Source of the DNA: an uncultured Planctomycetia bacterium
Lineage (GTDB): Bacteria; Omnitrophota; Gorgyraeia; Tantalellales; Tantalellaceae
DNA: 64,000 bases
Assembly: GCA_964409365.1 (NCBI GenBank)
Contig: CAYPCX010000009.1
Span: 10,390-74,389, forward strand
Direction: 5' to 3'
Below are positions 10,092-19,779 of this stretch, piece after piece; the stretch's first letter is position 1, and each line of letters opens with the position of its first letter. The notes under the pieces were generated by a model that was not told the DNA's origin, searched no databases, and saw nothing but the letters and a program-made list of their open reading frames with translations. The translations under genes and the position numbers were made by a program.

Positions 10092-11149
10092 GTGTCCATA
10101 CCGGAAAAGAGTTTTTGAGAAAGGACTTTCAGCGCCTTTTTGTGCCCTTTTTTCATTTTGAGAGAGCGGAGAAGGGGGTCCGTTTTATCAAGAAGGCCGG
10201 ATATCGTGTCCAGGCAATGGTCCAGGGCTCCGGTCGTGATAACCAGCTTCCTGAACTTCGTGAGGTCCGTGTAGGTCTTTTTCTTTTTTTCCATGAGGTT
10301 TTTTAAGGTTTTCCTGCCACTTTTGTCCAGTTTACTGTAAGCGGACCATACGAGTAGTGTCTTTTTGGATTCGTCCAGGTCCGAAAGGACAGGTTTACCT
10401 ATTTTTTTGCTTGTGGAGAACACGTCAAGCAGGTCATCATATATCTGAAAGGCCTGTCCCAGCAGGATACCCAGCTTTGAAAGTTTTTTTATCTCTTTCC
10501 TGTCGGCCCCTGCCAGCACGGCCCCCATGACAAGGGGACATTCAAACGTATATTTGGCCGTTTTGAGGGTATATGTCAGGAATATGGACTTTCTCGATAT
10601 TCTGTCGACGCTCTCCATGCCGCTGGTAACGTCCAGGAACTCTCCGGCCGCGGTGGAAACCGCCGCCTCTGCCAGAAGTTTTAAGGCCTCTTCTTTGCGT
10701 GCCGGGGTTTCGTCCGAGGAAAGCAAGGCATCTATCGCCAGAGCGAACATCGCGTCCCCGGCGACTATGCTCAGGTCGGGGCCCGTTTTGCTTTTTCCTG
10801 GAAGACCGAGTTTCTTGTTAAAGACCTTATGCAGTGTCGGCTTCCCGCGTCTGATGGCGGAGTCGTCGATCACGTCGTCATGCGCCAGGAAAAAGTCGTG
10901 CATGAGTTCCAGCGAAAGGGCGCTCCTTAGGAGCTTTTTACGGGAAAAACTTTTTCTTTTCGTATATCCGAGATAGCTTATAAGAAAAAGAAGGGGGCGT
11001 ATCTTTTTGCCCTTGCGCCGCAGGAAGTCCTTTATGCCCGCGTAAAGCAGGCCCGATGCCCGGTCAAGGCCGTGCTTTTTATTGGCATACGGCAGGAAAT
11101 ACGCGAGTTCCCTGTCTATGTCTTTTTTGAGTTTTTCCAGCATGACCAT
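10088..11149 (-). CDS. Polyprenyl diphosphate synthase (GGPP synthase-like)
   Basis: GKKIRP, FARM HDDVIDD..RRGKPT, KTAKYT, SARM FQIYDDLLD. Confidence 0.9.
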   Translation of the reverse strand: MVMLEKLKKDIDRELAYFLPYANKKHGLDRASGLLYAGIKDFLRRKGKKIRPLLFLISYLGYTKRKSFSRKKLLRSALSLELMHDFFLAHDDVIDDSAIRRGKPTLHKVFNKKLGLPGKSKTGPDLSIVAGDAMFALAIDALLSSDETPARKEEALKLLAEAAVSTAAGEFLDVTSGMESVDRISRKSIFLTYTLKTAKYTFECPLVMGAVLAGADRKEIKKLSKLGILLGQAFQIYDDLLDVFSTSKKIGKPVLSDLDESKKTLLVWSAYSKLDKSGRKTLKNLMEKKKKTYTDLTKFRKLVITTGALDHCLDTISGLLDKTDPLLRSLKMKKGHKKALKVLSQKLFSGMDT

Positions 11150-11162
11150 GTTCTTTCTATAT

Positions 11163-11233
11163 GAGATCCCTCGCTATGCTCAGGATAAATTCGGTCAACA
11201 GGCTTACGTCGTTTCACTCCGTAAGCCTGGACC
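11163..11233. repeat. REP-like hairpins sharing a TCGYTWYRCTC loop motif
   Basis: Perfect stem CAGGCTTACG (11199-11208)/CGTAAGCCTG (11220-11229) with loop TCGTTTCACTC; related TCGCTATGCTC at 11171 and TCGCTACGCTC at 11367. Confidence 0.55.
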
Positions 11234-11289
11234 TCATTTACTCTAACATAACTAATAACGGGCGGCAATAAAATTCAGGGTCAAGGGAG

Positions 11290-11549
11290 TCAGGTCTCAG
11301 GTGTCAGGTTTCAGGTGGCAGGTAACAGAAAACAGAAGACAGAAGGAAGTGTCAGAGTGTCACCGCTCGCTACGCTCGCTAGTGTCATAGTGTCAGTTTC
11401 AGGCGACTTGCGACTTGCGACTGGTGACTGGTGACTTGCGACTGGTTACTGGTTACTGGTTACTGGTTACTGGTTACTTTATCCTTGATACTCGACACTT
11501 TTTCCTTTTTCCTTTATCCTTGTTACTTGTTACTTGCTACTTGACACTT
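11290..11549. repeat. Composite heptamer tandem-repeat array (8-unit left arm, octamer core, 21-unit right arm)
   Basis: TCAGGTN-type x5 plus ACAGAAR x3 (11290-11345); AGTGTCAN octamers; unbroken 7-bp register 11403-11549 (GCGACTT, GTTACTG, TATCCTT, GACACTT and others). Confidence 0.9.
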
Positions 11550-11582
11550 TATATGCTATTTTCATTTAGTAAGGCAGGCCTT

Positions 11583-12941
11583 ATGAAAAAACTGATCGAT
11601 ATAGTTCCCGAACAGTACCGCGAAGAGCTCTTGAAAAAACGCACCTCGCTTATCAAGAACAGGGTGCTTCTTCTGTGCATTCTGGCTATCGCTATATATT
11701 TTGCCGTCGCCGCAATATATGTCCTGATAAATCCCGAAGAGTTCAGGACCCTCGATATCGTTGCCGGCCTGGCACTTGCGGCGGGCGCCGCGGCCGTGAT
11801 CTTTCTTAACAGGAAGTCCAGGACGCTGGTCGCGGCTAAATTCAACGCGTATCTTTTCATAGTTTTTCTTTTGGCTCTTGCCGTGAAAATGGGGATAGCT
11901 TATGCCGATGACGCCGAGACCAGCGCAACGACCCTGGTCTTTATCCTGTTCCTGGTATCTTCCACCATACCCTGGACGCCTTTTGAGATCGTATTGATAG
12001 GGGTGATGCATTCTGTCGCTTACACGGCCACGTACTTTATTGTCAATTATGTTCCCGGCCTGGAAATGGAACCTTTTACTATCAGGGATTTCCTGGACGG
12101 CCTGATCTTCATAGTTATGGTCCTGGTGTTGTGCGTTGTGATCCGCAGGAAGGACGCCGTGATGTATACCGAGGATTTCGTCCTCCTTAAAAGAGTCGAA
12201 TCTCAGAAAGAGCAGATGCATGACGAGCTGGAGTTCGCGACGAGGATACAAAAAACCCTTGTCCCGGGCCCCCTGGGCAATGACAGGGTGGATATAGCCG
12301 TGGATTATCTCCCGGTCTATTATATGGGCGGGGATTACGCGAAGTACAACGTGCTCGATGAGTACAGGATAATATTCATCATGTGCGATGTCACCGGCCA
12401 CGGCGTTCCGGCGGCTCTTTTGGTCAACAGGATACATGCCGAATTCGAGCGGCTGGCGAAGGAAGGCAGGGAACCCGGAGCGCTTTTGAACGAGCTTAAC
12501 GGCTTCATAAAAGAGGATTTTGAAGGGACTGACATGTACCTCACCGCTTTCTGCGGTCTGCTGGATTTCAGTAAAAAGGAGCTTTTGTATTCGAACTACG
12601 GGCACCCGCCGCAGTATCTTTACCGCGCGTCGTTATCATCTGTACAGGCCATGCCGGCGCAGACCGCGCTCTTAGGGCTTCCTTTCGATGATACGAACAT
12701 TTACCAGGACAGTATCCCGTTCGGCAAAGGGGACAGGGTGCTGCTTTTCACCGACGGGGTCACCGAGACGTTCAACGACAGGAAAGAAGAATTCGGCACT
12801 GGAAGAGTGGAAGACCTTCTTGCCAGGGAGCACGCGATCCCGGCGGGCGAGTTCAACCAGAAGCTTATCGGCGAGTTGAACGCCTTCAAGAGCGGAGACT
12901 TCAGGGACGACATATTCATCATGAGTGTCGCTATAAAATAG
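11583..12941 (+). CDS. Membrane-bound PP2C/SpoIIE (RsbU-like) serine phosphatase
   Basis: Several N-terminal TM helices; IQKTLVP, MGGDY, DVTGHGVPAAL, LFTDGVTE, RDDI. Start moved downstream of the repeat-derived ORF extension. Confidence 0.9.
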   Translation: MKKLIDIVPEQYREELLKKRTSLIKNRVLLLCILAIAIYFAVAAIYVLINPEEFRTLDIVAGLALAAGAAAVIFLNRKSRTLVAAKFNAYLFIVFLLALAVKMGIAYADDAETSATTLVFILFLVSSTIPWTPFEIVLIGVMHSVAYTATYFIVNYVPGLEMEPFTIRDFLDGLIFIVMVLVLCVVIRRKDAVMYTEDFVLLKRVESQKEQMHDELEFATRIQKTLVPGPLGNDRVDIAVDYLPVYYMGGDYAKYNVLDEYRIIFIMCDVTGHGVPAALLVNRIHAEFERLAKEGREPGALLNELNGFIKEDFEGTDMYLTAFCGLLDFSKKELLYSNYGHPPQYLYRASLSSVQAMPAQTALLGLPFDDTNIYQDSIPFGKGDRVLLFTDGVTETFNDRKEEFGTGRVEDLLAREHAIPAGEFNQKLIGELNAFKSGDFRDDIFIMSVAIK

Positions 12942-12969
12942 TTGAAAACGTCCGTTTAAGTTGTATAAT
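12942..12969 (+). promoter_or_regulatory. Putative sigma70 promoter
   Basis: TTGAAA-16 bp-TATAAT upstream of the small basic protein gene. Confidence 0.5.
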
Positions 12970-12995
12970 ATCTCAGCGATCGCATAGAGGAGGAT

Positions 12996-13232
12996 ATGAT
13001 GAAACCCAGAAAGAACTACCGTACACGCCCGAAGAAGACCGGCGGCAAGAAAAAACAAAGGGTTGCCGCCCAGAAAAGGCGGCTCGTGGCTGCCGGATAC
13101 GATAAGGTAAAACTGGATAAATTGACCACTGTAGAGGTACGGGAACTCCAGAAGAAAGCGGGCAAAAAAAAAGGTTCGTCTTCTCCCAGAAAGAGGACAG
13201 CAAAAGCCAAAGCAAAGGTCTCAAAAAAATAG
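12996..13232 (+). CDS. Small highly basic protein with a K/A-rich tail
   Basis: Strong RBS GAGGAGG, own promoter, 78 aa dominated by K/R. Confidence 0.7.
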   Translation: MMKPRKNYRTRPKKTGGKKKQRVAAQKRRLVAAGYDKVKLDKLTTVEVRELQKKAGKKKGSSSPRKRTAKAKAKVSKK

Positions 13233-13233
13233 C

Positions 13234-15144
13234 TTACTCGCAGACGTTATAGGAACATTTGCAGTAAAAGGAAAGCATTTTCTCGGCTATTTTCTTCCAG
13301 CAGAATTCATTCCTTGCCAGTTCGAGCCCGTTGCGGGCTATTTTACTCCGGAAGGTCACATTTTTGTTGAGCACTAAAAGCGCCCAGCTCAGGTCTTTCT
13401 TGTTCACCGGGTTGACGATAAGACAGTTGTGCTTGTTCTTGAGGTATTTTCTGATGCCGGCGCGTTCGCTTACTATGACCGCTGACCCGCAGGCCATGGC
13501 CTCGGCGGCTGTCATCCCAAAGGGCTCGAATTTTGACGGCAGGACGAAGGCCTTGGCTTTCCTGTAATAAGAAGGAACAAAGTTGTCTTTGATGTGCCCG
13601 GTGTAAAAGATCCTGTTTTTGATCTGGGCTGCGTCAACTATTTCGCGAAGGTCCTGTTTTAGTTTTATCTCCCTGGTTTCCGGTCTTTTGGAACCTCCGC
13701 CGATCACGAGGAAAAGGTCTTTTGCCCTGGTAACGACCTTGGCGAAGGCCCTTAACAGGTAATCCAGGCCCTTGTTCGTGTCGAACCTGCCCATCCAGAA
13801 TATATAGTTCTGGGGGACGTCTATTTTTTTCTCTTTTTCTCCGCTTCTTAAGGGCCTGAAGAGGTTGGTATTCACACCGGCCGGGATGACGGTGTAGTTC
13901 TTTGACCTGTAGTTGTAGAACTTTTTTGAGAGTCTGACCATGTCCGGGCTCGTCATCACGAGTCCCCGGGCCTTCTTAAATATGATACGCTCGTATTTTA
14001 TCCTTTTTTTGAAGTTGAAAACTTTTTCCATCGTCTTCGTGTCGCCGCCCATCTGGAATTTCTTCCACGCGCCGAGGGAGTGATGAGTATGTATGAAGGG
14101 GCAGTGCAGCCGCTCGGTCAGTTTTATGGCGACATATCCGGCGCCCCAGTAATGCGAGTGGAACACGTCGTATGCCAGGCCCTGTTCCTTCATGAAACGC
14201 TCCATGTTCCTGGTAAAGGTGTCCAGATACGGAAAAAGTTTCTCTTTGGCTATGAACTTATCTCCGCCGCAAGGTATCCTTATTATGCGTACGTTCTTAG
14301 AGACGGGCTCTATTGTTCTCCTTTTCTGGAACTTCCTCGTGTAGATATCGACCTTGATGCCTTTTTTAGCTATGGCCTTGGCCAGTTCCAGGACGTAAGT
14401 GACCTGTCCGCCGGTATCCGTTTTACCGAGTGTCGGTTTAGCTTCGACATAGCCGTGGATGGACAGCATGCATACCCGTTTGATGTTGCTGGTGACCTTC
14501 CAGATGTCCGCCAGGGAGTAGTTTTTCCCTACCAGTATGTCTGCCAGTTTCGCGTGTTTGGATATGATGCCGTGTTCTATGGCCAGTATCTTCCTGTCAT
14601 AATCGTCTATTTTTTCCCTTTTTCTTTCCAGCCGGGTCTTGAGGGTGTCCCTGTAAGTGGGCAAAAGAAAGACCCTCTTATTGGCGTTCTTAAGCAGGGT
14701 GGTGTAGGTGCCCTCGATTATGAGCACCTCCGCTGTTTTGCACCTCAGGGTCTCCTTGCCGATCTTATCATTGTTGAAGTCGACGAGAGGTTTCAGGAGT
14801 TTTCCCGCACTGCAGTGTTTGAACCGCGCGATGTGCCTGTCCAGAAGGTCGAGTTTTACTTCGGAAGGCCCCACGATGGAGATATCCCTGCGGCGCATCA
14901 AATAGTTGGTCTTCGGGGGATAACGGAAATAGTCATCCTGGTGGATAGTGACGCTCTTTATGTCGTCCTTTTTGAAGAGGCGCGCCAGTTCATGGGCGAT
15001 CTCGGTCTTCCCCGAACCGGATTCGCCCGCTATGGTGATTACGTACCGTGAAGAGGAGGCCTGCACCTCGTGAAGTACCACCTTAACGATCTCTTTGGCC
15101 GCTTTTGTGTGGTGCCGTTTTATTATGAGTATATCCCCGCGCAT
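13234..15144 (-). CDS. Fusion of a uridine-kinase/PRK-like P-loop domain and a GT4 sucrose-phosphate/mannosylfructose-phosphate synthase-like glycosyltransferase
   Basis: N-terminal IAGESGSGKT, HQDDYF, IIEG; C-terminal SIHG...LGKTDTGGQVTYVLELA, HSHYW, HSLG, EPFGMTAAEAMACG. Confidence 0.85.
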   Translation of the reverse strand: MRGDILIIKRHHTKAAKEIVKVVLHEVQASSSRYVITIAGESGSGKTEIAHELARLFKKDDIKSVTIHQDDYFRYPPKTNYLMRRRDISIVGPSEVKLDLLDRHIARFKHCSAGKLLKPLVDFNNDKIGKETLRCKTAEVLIIEGTYTTLLKNANKRVFLLPTYRDTLKTRLERKREKIDDYDRKILAIEHGIISKHAKLADILVGKNYSLADIWKVTSNIKRVCMLSIHGYVEAKPTLGKTDTGGQVTYVLELAKAIAKKGIKVDIYTRKFQKRRTIEPVSKNVRIIRIPCGGDKFIAKEKLFPYLDTFTRNMERFMKEQGLAYDVFHSHYWGAGYVAIKLTERLHCPFIHTHHSLGAWKKFQMGGDTKTMEKVFNFKKRIKYERIIFKKARGLVMTSPDMVRLSKKFYNYRSKNYTVIPAGVNTNLFRPLRSGEKEKKIDVPQNYIFWMGRFDTNKGLDYLLRAFAKVVTRAKDLFLVIGGGSKRPETREIKLKQDLREIVDAAQIKNRIFYTGHIKDNFVPSYYRKAKAFVLPSKFEPFGMTAAEAMACGSAVIVSERAGIRKYLKNKHNCLIVNPVNKKDLSWALLVLNKNVTFRSKIARNGLELARNEFCWKKIAEKMLSFYCKCSYNVCE

Positions 15145-15285
15145 ATCGAATGCCTCGGACCCGCAAATATGATTTTCGTTGCCATCCGTTAGATATTTAT
15201 GCTATATATAATACTAAACTAATGGGCTAAAGCAAGCATATTTTGCCGGTACACGCGTGACTTACGTGGCTTACAGGAGGTTTTT

Positions 15286-16359
15286 ATGAAAATAGGTATG
15301 ATAGGAGCGTGGAACGCCGATTCCGGGGCGTCGATCCACGCCGAGCTTGTGGGCAGGGCCTGGGTCGAAAAGGGCATAGATCTCAAGGTCTTCACGTTCT
15401 ACAAACACGCCTTCCACGGCACCGCTCTTACTAAAAAACAGGATGAGGATTATGTTACGCGCTGTTTCACCGCTTACGGGTTCCCCGACCAGCAATTGGA
15501 TTCCAAGCCTATACTTGAAGCCGATTACGATATATTCGTCGCCCAGGACCTCGGCATGCTCCCCATGAACCTTTTACTGAACATATTCCCCGAGATACAG
15601 AAGAAAGCCAAGACCATCAATGTCGTCCACGATGGGGAGCTTTCCAGAAAGCCGGAATATTTCAAATTCAACTGGGACCACGTGGTCTGCTTTGACGACA
15701 GGTATTATGATTTTCTCAAGGGCGCGTATCCGGAGGGCATCCTGAGCATAATACCTTATCCTTCATACCCCCTTAAGCCCGGTGATATGGCGGAATCCAG
15801 GAAAGAGCTGGATCTTCCGATGGACAAGAAAATAGTCCTTCTTTTCGGCCAGGCGGCCGAGCACGCACTGAACACGGTCATCGTCCTGGACCGCCTGGCG
15901 GACAAGTATGATATATGCCTCGTCCTCCTTACCGAGGTGGAGAAGGTCCTCAGCGAGTTCAGGCGAATACAGGACAGGGTGAAGTTCGATTTCAAGGTGA
16001 TCGAGAAGTCCCCGGACCAGGATCTTCTTTTTAAATATCTATACGCTTCGGACTGCATGATCTACAACAAGCACTGGGCTCCCGTGGTCGTTGTGGGAAG
16101 CACTATATTCCAATGCCTGGGGTCTATGTGCCCGATCCTCGCCCGCGACACCAACTATGTTTATTCTTTCGGCAGGGAGGTCCTGAAGCACAAGCACTAT
16201 TATGACCTGGAAGACAACCTGATCGATGTGTTCGAGAAAGGTCAAAGATACCAGATACAGCAGAAAGTGGTCGAGGATTACCTGGGCAGGAACGCCGCGG
16301 CCCCGACCGCCCAGAAATTCCTTGAGCTTTTTGAGGACCTTTTAAAGAAAGAAAGATAG
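15286..16359 (+). CDS. Putative GT-B fold glycosyltransferase-like protein
   Basis: MKIGMIGAWNADSG N-terminal Rossmann strand, SRKELDLPMDKKIVLLFG, YLYASD; RBS AGGAGG; carbohydrate gene context. Confidence 0.55.
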   Translation: MKIGMIGAWNADSGASIHAELVGRAWVEKGIDLKVFTFYKHAFHGTALTKKQDEDYVTRCFTAYGFPDQQLDSKPILEADYDIFVAQDLGMLPMNLLLNIFPEIQKKAKTINVVHDGELSRKPEYFKFNWDHVVCFDDRYYDFLKGAYPEGILSIIPYPSYPLKPGDMAESRKELDLPMDKKIVLLFGQAAEHALNTVIVLDRLADKYDICLVLLTEVEKVLSEFRRIQDRVKFDFKVIEKSPDQDLLFKYLYASDCMIYNKHWAPVVVVGSTIFQCLGSMCPILARDTNYVYSFGREVLKHKHYYDLEDNLIDVFEKGQRYQIQQKVVEDYLGRNAAAPTAQKFLELFEDLLKKER

Positions 16360-16373
16360 AGAGGAGAGTAAAA

Positions 16374-17294
16374 ATGGTGATGAAAAGATATAAAGGCAAC
16401 CCCATACTCGCTCCGAGGGGGAACGGATGGGAATCCGTTATGGTGTATAATGCAGCCGTTATCTACGAAGGCGGGAAGGTGCATATACTTTACAGGGCGC
16501 AGGGCGGCAAGACGGGCCCCTCAAGAGTAGGGTACGCTTCCAGTAAGGACGGGTTCAACATAGACGAGAGGCTGGATCATCCGATCTTCGGGCCCAGTCC
16601 CGACAGCGACCTTGATTTCTTCGGTATAGAGGATCCCAGGCTGACAAGGGTAGAGGATACGATATATCTCAATTACACGGCTTACGGGTCCAATATGGGC
16701 ATGGTGTTCCCGGTCAAGGGCGTACAGGTGGCGATCACGTCCATATCGGTGGATGATTTCCTCAACAAGAAATGGAACTGGGGGGAAAGGATATACCCCT
16801 TCTACAGAGTGGACAATAAGAATTCGTTCTTCCTGCCCGAGAAAGTGAACGGCAAATTCGTCCTGATACACAGAATACCGCCGCACATGTGGATCGCTTA
16901 TTCGGATGACCTTAAGAACTGGGAGAACCAGAAGATCCTCATGAGCCCCCAGTTCGACTGGGAGTATTTCAAGATAGGGGGAGGCGCCCCGCCGATCAAG
17001 ACGGACAAGGGCTGGATAACGATATACCACGGCGTCGACCGTAAGATGCAATACCGCCTGGGGCTTGCGCTCCTGGACCTCGAAGATCCGGGCAAGGTGA
17101 TCGCCAGGTATGACAAGCCCTTTCTCGAACCCGAGACCGATTATGAAAAGAGCGGCGTCGTGCCGAACGTCACTTTCACTTGCGGGGCAGTGACCATCGG
17201 TGATGAGCTGTTCCTGTATTACGGCGGGGCCGATACCGTTATCTGTGTTGCCACGGCCAAGGTCAAGGATGTCCTTAAGCTTTTGAACGTCTGA
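16374..17294 (+). CDS. GH130 family glycoside hydrolase/phosphorylase
   Basis: GNPILAP, VYNAAV, GIEDPR, KIGGGAPPIKT, YHGV, GVVPNVTF, YYGGADT. Confidence 0.9.
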   Translation: MVMKRYKGNPILAPRGNGWESVMVYNAAVIYEGGKVHILYRAQGGKTGPSRVGYASSKDGFNIDERLDHPIFGPSPDSDLDFFGIEDPRLTRVEDTIYLNYTAYGSNMGMVFPVKGVQVAITSISVDDFLNKKWNWGERIYPFYRVDNKNSFFLPEKVNGKFVLIHRIPPHMWIAYSDDLKNWENQKILMSPQFDWEYFKIGGGAPPIKTDKGWITIYHGVDRKMQYRLGLALLDLEDPGKVIARYDKPFLEPETDYEKSGVVPNVTFTCGAVTIGDELFLYYGGADTVICVATAKVKDVLKLLNV

Positions 17295-17306
17295 TAAGAG
17301 TTTTTT

Positions 17307-19760
17307 ATGGAGAACAAACAGCCAAAAGACGAGAACATCGTCGAAAGTCTGAAGAACGCTTTTATCCATAACCGCAGGTTCTCCCTCGCGAAGGACCTTT
17401 ATACCGCTACCGATCACGATAACTTCCAGTCGCTCGCGATGTCCATACGGGACCGCATGATAGAGAAGTGGATACTTACCCAGCAAAGGTACCATGACGA
17501 GAATTGCAAGCGGGTGTACTATCTTTCCATGGAGTTCCTCCCCGGACGGTTCCTTGCCAACAACATACTGAACCTGGGCCTGGAGGACGAATCCAAAAGG
17601 GCCATGCAGGAGCTGGGGTTCAGCGTGGAGGACCTTTACGAACGGGAGAAGGATCCCGGGCTCGGTAACGGAGGCCTGGGCCGGCTCGCGGCGTGTTTCA
17701 TGGATTCCATGGCTACTATCGGCATAGCGGCTACCGGTTACGGCATCAGGTACGACTACGGCATTTTCAACCAGAAGATCATGAACGGTTACCAGGTAGA
17801 ATACCCGGACGAATGGCTGAAGCTGGGCAACCCCTGGGAGTTCGAAAGGCCGGAACTCACCCACAAGGTGAGTTTTTACGGCAAGACGGCCAAACGCGTG
17901 GATAAAGGCGGCAGGTTCCGGGTGGACTGGATAGATACCAGGGACGTGACGGCGGTAGCTTATGACACGCCCATAGCGGGGTACAGGAACGATGTGGTGA
18001 ACAACCTGAGGCTCTGGTCAGCCAAGAGCACGGATGAGTTCGATCTGGATTATTTCAATACCGGGGACTATATAATGGCCTGCCAGGATAAGATAGTCTC
18101 CGAGAACATCTCCCGTGTCCTGTATCCCAGCGACAACATATATAAAGGGCTTGAGCTGCGCCTGAAACAGGAGTATTTCTTCACGTCGGCGTCGGTGCAG
18201 GACATAATACGCCGTTTCAAGATGCATAACGAGGACTTCCGCACGTTTCCCGATAAGGTCGCTATCCAGCTTAACGATACGCATCCGGCCGTGGGAATAG
18301 TGGAACTCATGCGGATCCTCATAGACGACGAAGACCTCGACTGGGAAACGGCGTGGGACATCACCGTGAGGACTTTCGGGTACACGAACCATACCATCAT
18401 GCCCGAAGCGCTGGAGACCTGGCCCGAATCGCTTTTCGGCAAGCTCCTGCCGAGGCATATGGAGCTTATTTACGAAATAAACAAACGCTTCCTGAGAGAA
18501 GTGACCAGCCGTTTTCCCCATGACCGCAAAAGACTGCAGAGGATGTCCATTGTAGAAGACGGCCCGGAGAAAAAAGTGAGGATGAGCCATCTTTCGATAG
18601 TGGGGAGCCACTCCATCAACGGTGTTTCCCAACTGCACACGGAACTTCTCAGGACCACGCTTTTCAAGGATTTTTACGAGCTTTACCCGCGTAAGTTCAA
18701 CAACAAGACCAACGGGATAACGCAGAGGCGATGGCTCAGAAAAGCGAACCCTCTTCTTTCGAAACTTATAAGTTCCACAATAGGTGAAGAGTGGGTAACG
18801 GACCTGGTGAAGCTGAAGAAGCTGGAACCATACGCGCAGGACCAGTCCTTCGGGGAAAGATGGAGAGCCGTCAAGACGGAGAACAAGATACGCTTCGCCA
18901 GGTTCATCAAAGATAAGAGCGGTATAGTGGTAGACCCTTATTCTATTTTTGATGTCCAGGTGAAAAGGATACATGAGTATAAACGGCAGACGCTTTTCGC
19001 GTTCTTTCTCATAGCCCAGTACCTAAAGATAAAGAATAATCCCAACGGAGACATCGTTCCCAGGACGGCGGTGATAGCCGGGAAGGCGGCCCCGTCCTAT
19101 GTCATGGCGAAACTTGTCATAAAGTTCATCAATAGTATTGCCGACGTGATCGACAAGGACCCCACCGTCAAGGACAAGCTGAAGGTGGTCTTCCTGGAAA
19201 ATTACGGTGTGTCACTGGCGGAGAGAGTATTTCCCGCGAGCGACCTTTCAGAGCAGATATCCACGGCCGGGAAGGAAGCGTCCGGGACGGGTAACATGAA
19301 ATTCATGCTTAACGGTGCGGTCACTATGGGCACGTGGGACGGAGCCAATATAGAGATCGCCGAGGAAGTAGGGCTCGATAACATTTTTATTTTCGGGCTT
19401 AAAGCGCACGAAGTGGCGGAACTGAAGAAAAAGGGGTATAACCCGCGGGATTACGTACAGAAGAATCCCCTGCTCAGCGAGGCGCTAAACCTGATCCGGG
19501 AGGATTTTTTCTCGCAGTTCGAGCCGGGGATCTTCAAACCGCTGTATGATTCTCTTTTATGGCACGACGATTATATGGTCCTGGCGGATTTCGAGGATTA
19601 TTTATTCACGCAGGACAAGGCCGCGCAGGCGTTCCTCGACCAGGACGCCTGGACGGCACGATCCATACTGAACACCGCGAATTCCGGTAAGTTTTCAAGT
19701 GACAGGACCGTCCGTGAATACGCGGAAGATATCTGGAAAGTGGACCACAGGGCTCAATGA
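17307..19760 (+). CDS. glgP: Glycogen/alpha-glucan phosphorylase
   Basis: GLGNGGLGRLAACF, QLNDTHP, KRIHEYKRQ, EASGTGNMKFMLNG. Confidence 0.97.
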   Translation: MENKQPKDENIVESLKNAFIHNRRFSLAKDLYTATDHDNFQSLAMSIRDRMIEKWILTQQRYHDENCKRVYYLSMEFLPGRFLANNILNLGLEDESKRAMQELGFSVEDLYEREKDPGLGNGGLGRLAACFMDSMATIGIAATGYGIRYDYGIFNQKIMNGYQVEYPDEWLKLGNPWEFERPELTHKVSFYGKTAKRVDKGGRFRVDWIDTRDVTAVAYDTPIAGYRNDVVNNLRLWSAKSTDEFDLDYFNTGDYIMACQDKIVSENISRVLYPSDNIYKGLELRLKQEYFFTSASVQDIIRRFKMHNEDFRTFPDKVAIQLNDTHPAVGIVELMRILIDDEDLDWETAWDITVRTFGYTNHTIMPEALETWPESLFGKLLPRHMELIYEINKRFLREVTSRFPHDRKRLQRMSIVEDGPEKKVRMSHLSIVGSHSINGVSQLHTELLRTTLFKDFYELYPRKFNNKTNGITQRRWLRKANPLLSKLISSTIGEEWVTDLVKLKKLEPYAQDQSFGERWRAVKTENKIRFARFIKDKSGIVVDPYSIFDVQVKRIHEYKRQTLFAFFLIAQYLKIKNNPNGDIVPRTAVIAGKAAPSYVMAKLVIKFINSIADVIDKDPTVKDKLKVVFLENYGVSLAERVFPASDLSEQISTAGKEASGTGNMKFMLNGAVTMGTWDGANIEIAEEVGLDNIFIFGLKAHEVAELKKKGYNPRDYVQKNPLLSEALNLIREDFFSQFEPGIFKPLYDSLLWHDDYMVLADFEDYLFTQDKAAQAFLDQDAWTARSILNTANSGKFSSDRTVREYAEDIWKVDHRAQ

Positions 19761-19779
19761 AAAGAGGGGGATAACTGCA

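Noticed and set aside
11290-11549. CRISPR array
   Set aside because: Units are 7-bp tandem repeats without unique spacers, and no cas genes were seen.
11415-11582. N-terminal extension of the PP2C ORF (MRLVTGDLRLVTGYW...)
   Set aside because: It is a translation of the heptamer array; the ATG at 11583 is the more plausible start.
12996-13232. Known ribosomal protein or PVC signature protein
   Set aside because: I could not match characteristic motifs of either; left as hypothetical.
16521-17864. 447-aa minus-strand ORF
   Set aside because: Antisense shadow of GH130/glgP with no recognisable motifs.
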